In this document: positions 19,844 to 30,790 of the stretch, piece after piece | How positions within the stretch are numbered: the stretch's first letter is position 1 | Layout of the letters: the number at the start of each line of letters is the position of its first letter | Assembly: GCA_016840405.1 (NCBI GenBank) | Contig: JAEOSK010000016.1 | Coordinates: forward strand, 1-60,601 | Direction: 5' to 3' | DNA: 60,601 nucleotides | Origin: Candidatus Hermodarchaeum yapensis | GTDB lineage: Archaea > Asgardarchaeota > Hermodarchaeia > Hermodarchaeales > Hermodarchaeaceae | The notes under the pieces: model-generated | What the model was told of the DNA's origin: nothing | What the model saw: the letters and a program-made list of their open reading frames with translations, nothing else | Databases searched by the model: none | Position numbers and translations under genes: made by a program

Positions 19844-21682
19844 TCAATAGTCTTGGGTGGAGAGGTAATCTAGTATCTGTTTCGCGAGTGCTGGTGAAAT
19901 TCCTGGCACAGCTGCTACTTCGTCGACGCTTGCTTTGGCAAGCTTCTTCAAACTTTCAAAGCGTTGGTGGAGTACTGTTGCCCGTTTCTTTCCCACGCCT
20001 GGAATTTCAGTTAGAACCAATTTTAGTCCTTGACTTTTTCGGAGTTTTCGATGATAGCTGATGGCAAAGCGATGAGCCTCATCTCGGACCCGTTTTAAGA
20101 GCCGTAGTCCTTCACTATCTGCGGGAATGTCAACGGGTGTTGATTGCCATGGTACATAGATGGCATCGGGATCTGGTGGATCTCCTTTAGCAATTCCAAT
20201 TGCAGGGAGATTCTCCACACATAATGACTCCAGGGCTTTTTGGGCCATACTGAGTTGACCACGTCCTCCATCAATAACAATGAGATTTGGCAAGGGGGTT
20301 TTTTCCGCCAGTTTGCGTCGATAACGGCGTTCCACGACTTCTCGCATCATCGCGAAGTCGTCTTGTCCTTGAACCTCTCGAATTTTGAACCGGCGATAGG
20401 CTTTCTTATACGGCATTCCATCTTGAAACGCGACACTTACCCCAACTGATGCTGCGCCCTGTAATGTAGAAATGTCAAACCCTTCAATGTAGGCAGGCTC
20501 CTCAGGGAGTTTCAGGTATTCTATCAAATCCTGGTAAGCGCGATGACGTCGTCCTTCATCGGCAGCTAGGCGTTCGATTAACTGGTGGAGGTGAAATTGA
20601 GCATTTTCATTCGCCATTTCAACTAGACTAAGGAGAGGAGCCTTGGTTGGATGAATGATGTGAACTTCATCTGATTCGCTTCGTCGTGAACTGAGCCATT
20701 CTTCTAGGAACTGTGAATCGGAAACAGGAACAGAAATGACTACTTCTTGCGGGATTTCGGTAGCCCGGATATAGTACTGTTTGAGAAAGGCTTCGAGAAC
20801 GGTATCATCGGGGAGAGTCGCAGGAGCGCTGAGAGGAAATGGTTGTTGTCCAACCACGCGACCTTCGCGAACCACAAGCAACTGAACCAAAGCATCTGGT
20901 CCTGCACGAGCTAGTCCGAAAACATCACGGTGTCCAGGAAGTTGATTCCAAAACGTTGCCCGTTGAGCTTGCCGTCCACGCTGGACGGCTCGGAGACGAT
21001 CGCGGAATCGTGCAGCCTTTTCATACTCTTTAGCCTGAGAGGTGGCTTCCATCCGCTCCATTAGGTGTGCCTCTAGCTCGTCATGGCGTCCTGTGAGCAA
21101 GAGCGTGTATTCATTAACTAACTCAGCATAGTCTTCTTTGCTGATTTTGCCCATGCAGGGTGCCGGACAACGTCCGATATCGTACTTGAGACAGGGACGT
21201 TTGCGTTTTCCAATTACAATTGTGGGCTTACAGGTGGCGATGGGAACGACGCGATTAATGGATTTGAGAAAGCCGTCCAAGGCTTTGACGTTAGAGTACG
21301 GACCAATATATCGGCTGCCATCCTGGACGAGGGTTCGTGTCTTCTCGACGCGTGGAAATTCATCGGCGAGGGTGATGCGAACGTAGGGGAAGCTTTTGTC
21401 ATCTTTTAATCGAATGTTGTATCGGGGTTTGTAGCGTTTGATCATGTTATCTTCGAGGACAAGAGCTTCGGATTCATTGGCAGTTACCATGTATTCGAGT
21501 TCAGCGACTTCCTGACTAATGGGTGAAAAGACATTTCCTTTGCCTAGACCTCGAAAATGAGCCGGGACCCGTTTCTTCAATGACCGGGCTTTTCCGACAT
21601 AGATGACGGTGTCACTCTCATCATAGAGTAAGTAGACACCCGGTTCGTCGGGTAAATCTTTCAGTTCCTGTTCAAGATTCAT
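19844..21682 (-). CDS. uvrC: excinuclease ABC subunit C
   Basis: GIY-YIG (PGVY...YVGKA), YRRF, DGGRGQ, RDEAHRFA, HhH. Confidence 0.97.
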   Translation of the reverse strand: MNLEQELKDLPDEPGVYLLYDESDTVIYVGKARSLKKRVPAHFRGLGKGNVFSPISQEVAELEYMVTANESEALVLEDNMIKRYKPRYNIRLKDDKSFPYVRITLADEFPRVEKTRTLVQDGSRYIGPYSNVKALDGFLKSINRVVPIATCKPTIVIGKRKRPCLKYDIGRCPAPCMGKISKEDYAELVNEYTLLLTGRHDELEAHLMERMEATSQAKEYEKAARFRDRLRAVQRGRQAQRATFWNQLPGHRDVFGLARAGPDALVQLLVVREGRVVGQQPFPLSAPATLPDDTVLEAFLKQYYIRATEIPQEVVISVPVSDSQFLEEWLSSRRSESDEVHIIHPTKAPLLSLVEMANENAQFHLHQLIERLAADEGRRHRAYQDLIEYLKLPEEPAYIEGFDISTLQGAASVGVSVAFQDGMPYKKAYRRFKIREVQGQDDFAMMREVVERRYRRKLAEKTPLPNLIVIDGGRGQLSMAQKALESLCVENLPAIGIAKGDPPDPDAIYVPWQSTPVDIPADSEGLRLLKRVRDEAHRFAISYHRKLRKSQGLKLVLTEIPGVGKKRATVLHQRFESLKKLAKASVDEVAAVPGISPALAKQILDYLSTQDY

Positions 21683-21751
21683 AACCTAGTCACACATTCG
21701 CAATAGACGTGTCTATTATTGGGGTAATTCGCATTGAAGAACGGTTCGCTC

Positions 21752-24715
21752 TTACCGTGAGAGAATTTTTACACGTCCTGAGGACTCTTCATCGCGTTCA
21801 GATTTTGGTGCTAGTGCTTCACGGAGGACGACTCCTGTGAATGACTTCTGCTCTTGAGCGACCTGTTCGGGTGTTCCGTGAGCTACTACGTACCCACCTT
21901 GATCTCCACCCTCTGGACCTAGATCGATGATGTAATCTGCCCCCTTGATTACATCAGGTTGATGTTCGATCACAATTACCGTGTTGCCAGCGTCAACCAG
22001 ATGGTTAAGCACGTCTAATAGCTTCTGCACGTCAGCAAGATGTAATCCTGTTGTAGGTTCGTCAAGGATGTAGAGGGTCTGAGTGGTGCTCCGTTTACCT
22101 AGCTCACGACTCAGTTTGATACGCTGAGCTTCACCTCCACTCAGGGTGGGTGAGGGTTGCCCCAATTCCATGTAACCTAACCCTACAGCTTGCAATGTTC
22201 CGAGGATTCGGGCAATTTTGGGAATGTTTTCAAAGAATTCCGCAGCTTCGTCCACAGTCATGCGGAGGATTTCATAGATTGTTTTGCCTTTGTACCGGAC
22301 TTGGAGTGTTTCTTTATTGAAACGTTTTCCGTTACATTCATCACAGACTACATAGACATCGGGGAGAAATTGCATTTCGATGCGAATAACTCCAGCACCG
22401 CGACAGGCTTCGCATCGTCCACCTTTCACGTTGAAACTAAACCGCCCTGGTTTATACCCACGTTTTCGAGCTTCCTGTGTCAACGAAAAGAGTTGACGAA
22501 TTGGATCGAAGACTTTCGTGTAAGTTGCTGGATTGGATCGAGGTGTCCGACCAATCGGGGATTGGTCCACTAGAATGACTTTATCAATCAACTCCACACC
22601 TGAGAGTGACTTGAAAGGACCTGGTTTGTGAAGCTGACTGGTGAGAATCGCGTCAGATTGACGTCGACGACGTCGTCTGAACTGCCAAATTATCCCTGGA
22701 TAGAGAGTATCGGTGATGAGCGTACTTTTCCCGGAACCTGAGACCCCTGTAATGCAAATGAATGTACCTAATGGAAATGTGACGTTGATGTTCTTCAGAT
22801 TACGATGGCGTGCACCTTTTATCTGGAGACTAGCTCCATTCCCAAGTCGTCTGGTGGGTGGAACGGAAATGACTTTATCTCCACGAAGATACTGGCCCGT
22901 GATTGATTTTTGATTACCTTCAATGTCTGGAACCGTGCCCTCAGCTACCACTTGACCACCATGAATCCCTGCCCCTGGACCAAGGTCAATGACCCAATCA
23001 GCTGCCCGAATAAAACCTTCATCATGTTCTACAACGATAACCGTGTTTCCCAGATCCCTTAGTTGGAGAAGCATTGAGAGCAGCCGTTCATTATCCCGCA
23101 TATGTAGTCCAATACTGGGTTCGTCGAGGATGTAGGTCACTCCAACCAGCCGTGACCCAATTTGTGTGGCCAATCGAACTCGCTGGGCTTCTCCACCGGC
23201 AAGAGTGGCAGAGAGACGATTGAGTGTAAGGTAGTCCAGACCTACTGAAGAGAGAAATTGGAGACGCTGATTGATTTCACGAAGGGTTTGACGAGCGATA
23301 GTGGCTTCTTTTTTCGTGAGATTCAAATTCGTAAAAAATGCTAGGGTCTCATTGATGGAAAGGTCTGTAACATAATCGATGCTTCGATTCTGAATAGTAA
23401 CTGCTAGGGCTTCAGGGCGGAGCCTACGTCCTTCACAGACGGGACACGGAAGTTGGGCCATGAAGTGTGTGGTCTGTTCACGGATGAACTCTGAGCTGGT
23501 AAACTTGTAACGATGTTTCAGACCAGGAATAGCTCCCATCGTTGGTTTCTCACTTATCCATTCCCACTTCCGACCAGAGGAAGTGACGCCCCGATGTTCG
23601 AAGCGAATCTCTTCACTACCAGAACCATAGAGTAAGATATTTTGATGCTCAGGAGACAAGTCTTGGAAAGGAGTATCAAGGCTAAACCCGTAATGATTTG
23701 CGATGCTGGTAAGGCTTCGCAGACGCCAACCTTTTACTGGCAGAGCATAGGATGCGATGGCTCCTTCGAGAACTGATTTTGTGGGATCAGGGACAACGAG
23801 GTCAGGATCAACTTCGAGGGTGTATCCTAACCCCTTACAGGTTGGACACGCACCGTACGGAGAGTTGAAGCTGAAGAGTCGTGGTGCAAGGTCGGGAAAG
23901 CTGATACCACATACCGGACACCCAGCTGATTCGCTGAAGAGGTATTCTTGATCACCTTGCACATCGACGGTAACCAAGCCTTTACCGAATTCTAGAGCGG
24001 TTTCCACAGATTGCGTGAGCCGGTGCTCCACTGACGGTTTTAACACCAATCGGTCTACAATAATTTCAATGGTGTGTTGCTTGTAGCGGTCGAGTTCAAT
24101 TTCATCTTTATCGAGTCGGTGTTCTTCTCCATCTACTCGGACACGGACAAATCCCTCACCGTGTAGTTTCTTGAAAAGTGCCTTATAGGTCCCCTTACGC
24201 CCTCGTACAACGGGAGAAAGAATGCGAACGCGTTTACCTTCATCAAACTCCATAATCTGCTTGACGATGGATTGAGCTGATTGAGGTGTGATGCGTCGCC
24301 CACACTTATGACAGTGGGGGATGCCAATGCGAGCCCAAAGCAATCGCATGTAATCATAAATTTCAGTGGTGGTGCCCACTGTGGAGCGAGGATTACCTCC
24401 CGCTGACCGTTGATCAATTGAGATAGCTGGGCTTAAACCTTCAATGGAATCAACATCGGGTTTATCCATTCGCCCCAAGAACTGTCTAGCATAAGCCGAG
24501 AGGGATTCAACATAGCGACGTTGACCTTCAGCAAAGAGGGTGTCGAAGGCTAAGGAGGATTTGCCAGACCCGGAGAGTCCAGTAATGACTACGTATTTGT
24601 CCCGCGGTATTTGTACGGTGATGTTCTTCAGGTTGTGGACGCGGGCACCTTTGACTGTGATGTACTTGTCGTCGCTCACCCGTTTGTCACCTATCTTCCG
24701 CCGCTCCGATGACAC
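21752..24715 (-). CDS. uvrA: excinuclease ABC subunit A
   Basis: GARVHNLKN, two Walker A motifs, FSFN zinc fingers, LSGGEAQR. Confidence 0.98.
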   Translation of the reverse strand: MSSERRKIGDKRVSDDKYITVKGARVHNLKNITVQIPRDKYVVITGLSGSGKSSLAFDTLFAEGQRRYVESLSAYARQFLGRMDKPDVDSIEGLSPAISIDQRSAGGNPRSTVGTTTEIYDYMRLLWARIGIPHCHKCGRRITPQSAQSIVKQIMEFDEGKRVRILSPVVRGRKGTYKALFKKLHGEGFVRVRVDGEEHRLDKDEIELDRYKQHTIEIIVDRLVLKPSVEHRLTQSVETALEFGKGLVTVDVQGDQEYLFSESAGCPVCGISFPDLAPRLFSFNSPYGACPTCKGLGYTLEVDPDLVVPDPTKSVLEGAIASYALPVKGWRLRSLTSIANHYGFSLDTPFQDLSPEHQNILLYGSGSEEIRFEHRGVTSSGRKWEWISEKPTMGAIPGLKHRYKFTSSEFIREQTTHFMAQLPCPVCEGRRLRPEALAVTIQNRSIDYVTDLSINETLAFFTNLNLTKKEATIARQTLREINQRLQFLSSVGLDYLTLNRLSATLAGGEAQRVRLATQIGSRLVGVTYILDEPSIGLHMRDNERLLSMLLQLRDLGNTVIVVEHDEGFIRAADWVIDLGPGAGIHGGQVVAEGTVPDIEGNQKSITGQYLRGDKVISVPPTRRLGNGASLQIKGARHRNLKNINVTFPLGTFICITGVSGSGKSTLITDTLYPGIIWQFRRRRRRQSDAILTSQLHKPGPFKSLSGVELIDKVILVDQSPIGRTPRSNPATYTKVFDPIRQLFSLTQEARKRGYKPGRFSFNVKGGRCEACRGAGVIRIEMQFLPDVYVVCDECNGKRFNKETLQVRYKGKTIYEILRMTVDEAAEFFENIPKIARILGTLQAVGLGYMELGQPSPTLSGGEAQRIKLSRELGKRSTTQTLYILDEPTTGLHLADVQKLLDVLNHLVDAGNTVIVIEHQPDVIKGADYIIDLGPEGGDQGGYVVAHGTPEQVAQEQKSFTGVVLREALAPKSERDEESSGRVKILSR

Positions 24716-24868
24716 AGAATGTCATAAGAGTTGCGGTTTTGCACCCACCCCAGGTTCAATGAACTGGTAGCTCCGCTGTTGAGATGATGGGTGTTTTCTG
24801 TGTTGTGGTAGTGTGCTGTTCGGTTAATCATATAAACAAAAGGGGGAGTAGAGTGAAAGTAATCTGAG

Positions 24869-26893
24869 CTAGGATCGCCTACGATCTGGTTTGGTTTGTA
24901 ATCCCATATAGGCTTCAATTTCGTTTATGAGATCCCGTAACTCAGCGGCCCGTTCAAAGTCCAACTCTTCGGCAGATTGTAGCATCTCTTCCCGTAATTC
25001 AACGATTAGAAGAGCTAAATCGCTTTCATTCGCCGTTCGCCAGTTCTTGGGCACTCGGACTGCAGTCCGTGACTCAGCAGCCACCCGTTCGACACCTTCT
25101 GCAATATCTGTGATGGATTTCACGATAGTGGTCGGTGTAATCCCATGTTCTTTGTTGTGCGCAATTTGCATGTCACGACGTCGGTTGTTCTCGGTAATCG
25201 CCCGTTTCATAGAGTCAGTCATACGATCTGCATAGAGAATAACGGTGCCATTGACATTCCGACTAGCTCGCCCCATGATTTGAATTAGACTGGTATCGGA
25301 GCGGAGAAAACCTTCCTTGTCAGCGTCTAGAATGGCGACAAGGGATACTTCAGGTAGGTCTAGTCCTTCACGGAGCAGGTTGATGCCCACCACAACATCA
25401 TGTTTTCCACGGCGAAGATTCCGTAATACTTCCACTCGTTCAAGTGTTCCGACTTCTGAGTGGAGATATTCTGCTTTGACTCCGGCATGCACCATGTAAT
25501 CCGCGAGGTCTTCAGACATACGTTTTGTCAATGTGGTAACTAGGATGCGTTCTTCTTTTTTGGCCCGGTCACGGATTTCACTCAGCAGATCTTCCACTTG
25601 CCCTTCTGTTGGACGGACAATAATCTTAGGATCAACCAGACCGGTTGGACGAATGATTTGTTCAACTATCTGATCGGAATGTTCTCGTTCATAAGCAGAG
25701 GGTGTTGCAGATGTGTAGAGTACTGTCCGCATGTAGGGTTCGAATTCTTCAAAGGTTAGGGGGCGATTATCATAGGCGGAGGGGAGCCGAAAGCCGAAGT
25801 CAACAAGGTTTCGTTTCCGTGACAAATCCCCATGATACATTCCTCCAATTTGCGGAACTGTGATGTGCGATTCGTCAATGACGAGTAGAAAATCATCGGG
25901 GAAGTGATCAAGTAGACAGTAGGGCTTTTGCCCTGATTTCCGTCCATCAAAATATCTGGAGTAGTTTTCAATTCCCCCAGTCCAGCCGACTGACCGCATC
26001 ATTTCAATATCGTATTTCACTCGTCGTTTAAGGCGATCAGCTTCGAGTATCTTTTCATTGGCCTCGAGTTCTTTGAGGTGTTCTTCCAGTTCGTCCTCAA
26101 TGGCATCTAAGATATCGGGTAGCACGGCTTGGTCGGTTGTGAACTGTTTGGCAGGGAAGATTTTGACCTTATCGCGTTCATAAAGGACGGTCCCTTTGAT
26201 GGGAGCGATGTCGGTGATGCGTTCAATAGTATCGCCAAAGGTTTCTAAGCGAATGGGATGGTTTGCATAGGCAGGAAACACTTCGATGACATCACCACGA
26301 ACTCGGAAGGTTCCACGACGGAAATCGAAGTCATTGCGGTCATAGTTAATGTGGACTAATCTGGCGAAGAGTTCATCACGTGTGATTTCTTGACCTTGTT
26401 CTAGTTCAACGACAAGATTCCGGTAGGAACCCGGAGCGCCAATTCCGTAAATACATGAGACAGTTGCCACAATGAGGACATCTTTCCGTACTGCCAGGGA
26501 TGCAACTGCTGATAGACGCATTCGTTCGACTTCTTCATTGATGGAGGCATCTTTTTCGATGTAGGTATCTGAAGTGGGCATATACGCTTCTGGCTGAAAG
26601 TAATCATAATATGATGTGTAATACTCAACGGCATTGTTGGGGAAATATTCCCGGAACATGCTGGTAAGTTGTGCCGCTAACGTCTTGTTGGGGGCGATGA
26701 CGAGGGTTGGCATTTGGAGGGCAGCTACGATTGAGGCCACGGAGAAGGTTTTTCCAGATCCGGTGACACCAAGGAGGGTTTGCTGTTTTTTGTCTTGATT
26801 GTACCCGTCAATGAGGCGCTGAATAGCTTTGGGTTGGTCTCCTCGGGGTGTGTATTCTGGATTGAGTTCAAATCGGCGTGATGTTGTTGCCAC
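24869..26893 (-). CDS. uvrB: excinuclease ABC subunit B
   Basis: GVTGSGKT, YYDYFQPEAY, DESH, GINLLREGLD, C-terminal UVR domain. Confidence 0.98.
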   Translation of the reverse strand: MATTSRRFELNPEYTPRGDQPKAIQRLIDGYNQDKKQQTLLGVTGSGKTFSVASIVAALQMPTLVIAPNKTLAAQLTSMFREYFPNNAVEYYTSYYDYFQPEAYMPTSDTYIEKDASINEEVERMRLSAVASLAVRKDVLIVATVSCIYGIGAPGSYRNLVVELEQGQEITRDELFARLVHINYDRNDFDFRRGTFRVRGDVIEVFPAYANHPIRLETFGDTIERITDIAPIKGTVLYERDKVKIFPAKQFTTDQAVLPDILDAIEDELEEHLKELEANEKILEADRLKRRVKYDIEMMRSVGWTGGIENYSRYFDGRKSGQKPYCLLDHFPDDFLLVIDESHITVPQIGGMYHGDLSRKRNLVDFGFRLPSAYDNRPLTFEEFEPYMRTVLYTSATPSAYEREHSDQIVEQIIRPTGLVDPKIIVRPTEGQVEDLLSEIRDRAKKEERILVTTLTKRMSEDLADYMVHAGVKAEYLHSEVGTLERVEVLRNLRRGKHDVVVGINLLREGLDLPEVSLVAILDADKEGFLRSDTSLIQIMGRASRNVNGTVILYADRMTDSMKRAITENNRRRDMQIAHNKEHGITPTTIVKSITDIAEGVERVAAESRTAVRVPKNWRTANESDLALLIVELREEMLQSAEELDFERAAELRDLINEIEAYMGLQTKPDRRRS

Positions 26894-26983
26894 GGATTAG
26901 TTGCGCCTCCCAAGACCCAGCAGGAATGGAGGTTTATCACTGTTACGGGGTTATTGATAATAGATTCAGTTTCATTTGTGTTG

Positions 26984-27871
26984 TTACTCTCTTCGGTAGG
27001 ATTGGATAATGTCTTCGAGTTCTTGGAACACATCTGGATGAAGCGGCGTTTCGCCTCGGGATTCCTTCGGTCCGTCATCAATTTTCTTTTTACGTATCTG
27101 TTCGAGTTGAACTGTGATGGTTTGGATTCTGTCTATGTCTTTGGAATATTTCGAGTACGACCATGTATAGATTCCCCCAAGTAATGCAGCGCTACAAACG
27201 AGGAATATTATGAGACTTGTTAGTGCCATGGACCATGGGCTAATCCCCAGGAGATAGAGATACCCTGGAAATTGACTGGGAAAACTCAGACCAGAAAATG
27301 TAACTATTTCGAGGAGGAGACAGACCAAATATCCGAACAATAAGGTGACAGCAAACATGAGGGTGAATAAACCAAAGAGGAATCCATCATGGGTAGTCTG
27401 CAATCCCCTGTACAACCTGTGACCCATTATTGGCGAAGCTCCATCGCGTCCTCCACCACTAATTAGGAATCCTTCTATCGAAAAAACTCCTGATCGAGTG
27501 GGATAGTTAACAGTTTGCAACCAATTGATTCCCTTGGTTGACAGACTCGTATGCCAAAAGGTATGAAAGGCACAATAGACACTAACCACCATTAATATGT
27601 AAAACAAGAAATTCATCAGAGTCCAGTACCCAATGAGCCATCCGATTGTCAAGTCTGTTTGGAGAAGACTGAGTTGGGGTGAAAGGACAATACCTATGGA
27701 AATTGCTAACACTGCATATATTCCAATAATGGTTGCCAGATACAAGATGGCAAACATCCGAGATTTGCTTCCATGATGGCTAGACCATGTAAGTAATGAT
27801 CGAACAAGGACTTCATCTTCGACAGAAACCACTCTTTCGGCTTCCAGTTCCTCTAATCCTGGAAACTCCAA
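26984..27871 (-). CDS. hypothetical membrane protein
   Basis: About 4 TM segments; GGTGA SD. Confidence 0.7.
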   Translation of the reverse strand: MEFPGLEELEAERVVSVEDEVLVRSLLTWSSHHGSKSRMFAILYLATIIGIYAVLAISIGIVLSPQLSLLQTDLTIGWLIGYWTLMNFLFYILMVVSVYCAFHTFWHTSLSTKGINWLQTVNYPTRSGVFSIEGFLISGGGRDGASPIMGHRLYRGLQTTHDGFLFGLFTLMFAVTLLFGYLVCLLLEIVTFSGLSFPSQFPGYLYLLGISPWSMALTSLIIFLVCSAALLGGIYTWSYSKYSKDIDRIQTITVQLEQIRKKKIDDGPKESRGETPLHPDVFQELEDIIQSYRRE

Positions 27872-28015
27872 ATCACCATCCCTCCTATCGGTGAATATGG
27901 ACTGGTTAAAGATGAATGTCCTTACTTAAAAGCGTGTACTGTAACCGAGGCATTGGAGAGTCAAGTGGGTGGAGGACGAATGTCTCATCTTAAGTTGCTG
28001 AGAACGCGTTGAGAA

Positions 28016-28642
28016 TCAAATGAGGAGGAAAGAAAGAATTCCTTCAGGATATTGTAAGAAGAGGAGTACTGCTTGAATAATCCCGATGATGGATAGGATA
28101 AAGGTGATCGGTCGTGAGGCAAGGATCATGGCAAAGGCCTTGATGAGCGATTCGAACCATTTCAGAGAGATGAAGACAAGAATTCCAGTAATTAGGAATA
28201 CAGCGATGAGGATATAGGTGAAGTTGAATGGAAGAATCGGAATGATAAGTGGAGAGAGCAGGACGAGGATAAATGAGGCGATAATAGCGACAAAGAGGGC
28301 TATGAGCGCAGCCCATGGAACCTTTGCGATTGGGGCTATGAGGAGCACAAAGCCAAGGAGCCCTAAGAGAACTAACGTGAGGATGTCACGGTAGAGTGGC
28401 GAAAGCAGGGGAACCGTCACGAGTGAGAAGAGCGTGACAAAACAGACAACACCGATTGCCATGCCAAAAAATTGGAGAATTTTAATTCCACCGCGAAGAC
28501 AGCTTTCAACATCTACTCCAGGCTCATCGGTTCTTCGAAGGAACGCATCCAACAACCAAATGCCAACAACGAAAGATGCGAGACCTAGAATGCTGGGGGT
28601 AAGCTGGACGAGAGTATCTTGAATTATAGTCATTTGAATCAC
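28016..28642 (-). CDS. hypothetical polytopic membrane protein
   Basis: About 6 hydrophobic segments. Confidence 0.75.
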   Translation of the reverse strand: MIQMTIIQDTLVQLTPSILGLASFVVGIWLLDAFLRRTDEPGVDVESCLRGGIKILQFFGMAIGVVCFVTLFSLVTVPLLSPLYRDILTLVLLGLLGFVLLIAPIAKVPWAALIALFVAIIASFILVLLSPLIIPILPFNFTYILIAVFLITGILVFISLKWFESLIKAFAMILASRPITFILSIIGIIQAVLLFLQYPEGILSFLLI

Positions 28643-28686
28643 TGTATAGGAACTCAGTGTAACTTTGAAAAAAAGGTTTTGTCAAC

Positions 28687-29895
28687 TTAGTACGTATAGG
28701 GACTATAGAGGGGGAGCTGTGGGAACCAGTTTTGTAGGAGTTCACGGGTTTGCTTATCAGCGCCCTTGAGCCACTGTGCATATTCGATTTCTTCTAGAGA
28801 ATGAGTTCCATAGACAAGGGCACTTAGACCATGAATGGTTAGTGCAGTTTTCGTTGCCTGTGTTGTAGGCTGAATTTGCAGTTGTTTTCCATTGGATTTG
28901 AGAAGATAGGTGCCAGTATTCCATTCACATTGGGAATCACTTAGTGTAAATACCAGTTCACCCTTTTCAGTGGCAGGAAGACCTGAGAGGGCTTCTTTGA
29001 CGTCAATAACACGGATCATCCAAGGATGCCAGACTTTGATTTGAATCCAGTCTCTCAAGTCCTCAAACCAGTGCTGAAAGTTGGTTCCGTAGGGAAGGAT
29101 CATTATGAGTTTTTGAAACTGGTCTCGGTGTTTGCTGAAGAAGTTGAAGAGGGCGGCTTGGGCTGGGAGATTACGCCAGTACATTTCCTCAATTTGAAGT
29201 TGCCCAGGTTCTTCGAAGTGCATGTAACCTTTAAACTTGAAGCGAGCAAGCGCTTCAATCTTCCCTCCTTTTTTCACCAACACATAATGCCGGTCTTTGT
29301 TACGACGTTTCCATTCTTCATCAGAAATGACCGGGTTGAAAGCATAACCGTGAAAGGCACTTGGAGCGAAATCTTGGATGAAAGCCATGTAAGCATCTTT
29401 TACTTCTTGTCCTGAAACGCGTTCAATCTCCAAGTCATCATTGATTTCATGATTTGCCTTTACGCGTAGCCCGTCAAGCGGAGCTTGTAGGCGATATTTT
29501 TCATATGCGGGGACATAGCCAAATTTGTCGTAGAAGGTTTCTCGGAAGGGTTCGAGCATGCTGACGGAAAATCCTTCATCTTTCATTTTTTGAAACGCCT
29601 TTTGCATTAACGAGCGAGTATAACCTTTCATCCGGGCTTCAGGGTAGGTACCGACCATTGATATTCCGCCCATCATTTTCAGGACGCCACGAATGGACTG
29701 TTTCGTTTTCATTATCGTTAGAACTGAGAGAAGGTCTTTTTTGTCAAACACGCCGATTGTGTTTTCAGGAATTATGAAGTCATGGTCTTCTTCGCGAACC
29801 TCTTGGTCGGACCAGAAGCCATAGGCATATTGGTGGAGCTTGAGGACTTTGGGCATTTCCTTTTTTGTGAGTTTTCGGATTTCCATCGTTGGCAT
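28687..29895 (-). CDS. Eis-like GNAT acetyltransferase with C-terminal SCP2-like domain
   Basis: VGTYPEARMKGY, FYDKFGY, D..C.WNTG, LSALVYG. Confidence 0.88.
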   Translation of the reverse strand: MPTMEIRKLTKKEMPKVLKLHQYAYGFWSDQEVREEDHDFIIPENTIGVFDKKDLLSVLTIMKTKQSIRGVLKMMGGISMVGTYPEARMKGYTRSLMQKAFQKMKDEGFSVSMLEPFRETFYDKFGYVPAYEKYRLQAPLDGLRVKANHEINDDLEIERVSGQEVKDAYMAFIQDFAPSAFHGYAFNPVISDEEWKRRNKDRHYVLVKKGGKIEALARFKFKGYMHFEEPGQLQIEEMYWRNLPAQAALFNFFSKHRDQFQKLIMILPYGTNFQHWFEDLRDWIQIKVWHPWMIRVIDVKEALSGLPATEKGELVFTLSDSQCEWNTGTYLLKSNGKQLQIQPTTQATKTALTIHGLSALVYGTHSLEEIEYAQWLKGADKQTRELLQNWFPQLPLYSPYTY

Positions 29896-30001
29896 CTTCC
29901 AGAATTATCTGTCTACTTTAGATGTCTTATATTGAATAGGTTGTTAGAACATCCTTTAATGACCTAGCATCTAACTGAATGTAGCAGTACTGATTAATTC
30001 G

Positions 30002-30754
30002 CTATTTTTGCGTGATAAAATAAACCCGCCGACTTTCTTTCGTTAATGGGCTTTGATCTTCGAGATCTCCCCAACAAGCAAGTTCTTGAAAACCAGCATC
30101 CTTCAGGCATTCTTGAATTTCTCCGATGGTATAACCTCGTTCTTTGTGAATTTCATCGACGCGCCGGAGCCAACGATCTTTTTCTTTGACAAAGGCCGTA
30201 ATGTAGAAAGTAGCAATATTTTTGTCAAAATCATAGGAGTGGCGGTGTACTTGGAAGATTTCTTCGGTTTCCCGTTCAACTGTTACAGCGTAGCGTTGAG
30301 CGAGAGTGACGAGCCAGTAAATGGTGTTCATATCGAAAACGAATAGACCGTTCTCTCGTAACGCGTTGTGAACTCCTCTGAAGGTGGCACAAAGATCGTC
30401 GAGTTCAAGGAGGTAGTTCAGACTGTCAAACCAGCAGGTGACAATATCGAATGAGTTTTCATATTCAAGGTGTTGCATTTCGAGTTGGCGCCAGGTGACC
30501 GATACCTTTTCGGTTCTACTTTTCGTTTTGGCGAGTTTGAGCATGGCAGGAGACCGATCAATGCCTGTCACTTGATAACCAGCCTGTGCCATTGATATTG
30601 CAAAGGTGCCCTCTCCACACGCTAAATCTAGAATTGTTTCAGGAGTTTGGTTAAAGTGTCTCATAAGGGAGGGAAACGCTTCAGTCATTCGCTGGCTATA
30701 TTGAGTAAAGCCTCCAGAGGCGTAGTATGGAGCGAATGCGTCGTAGATCCCCAT
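30002..30754 (-). CDS. class I SAM-dependent methyltransferase
   Basis: ILDLACGEG, GIDRS, DSLNY. Confidence 0.92.
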   Translation of the reverse strand: MGIYDAFAPYYASGGFTQYSQRMTEAFPSLMRHFNQTPETILDLACGEGTFAISMAQAGYQVTGIDRSPAMLKLAKTKSRTEKVSVTWRQLEMQHLEYENSFDIVTCWFDSLNYLLELDDLCATFRGVHNALRENGLFVFDMNTIYWLVTLAQRYAVTVERETEEIFQVHRHSYDFDKNIATFYITAFVKEKDRWLRRVDEIHKERGYTIGEIQECLKDAGFQELACWGDLEDQSPLTKESRRVYFITQK

Positions 30755-30790
30755 TCCTAGTAGCTCCTTGGGGGTGTTGTAGTGACAGAG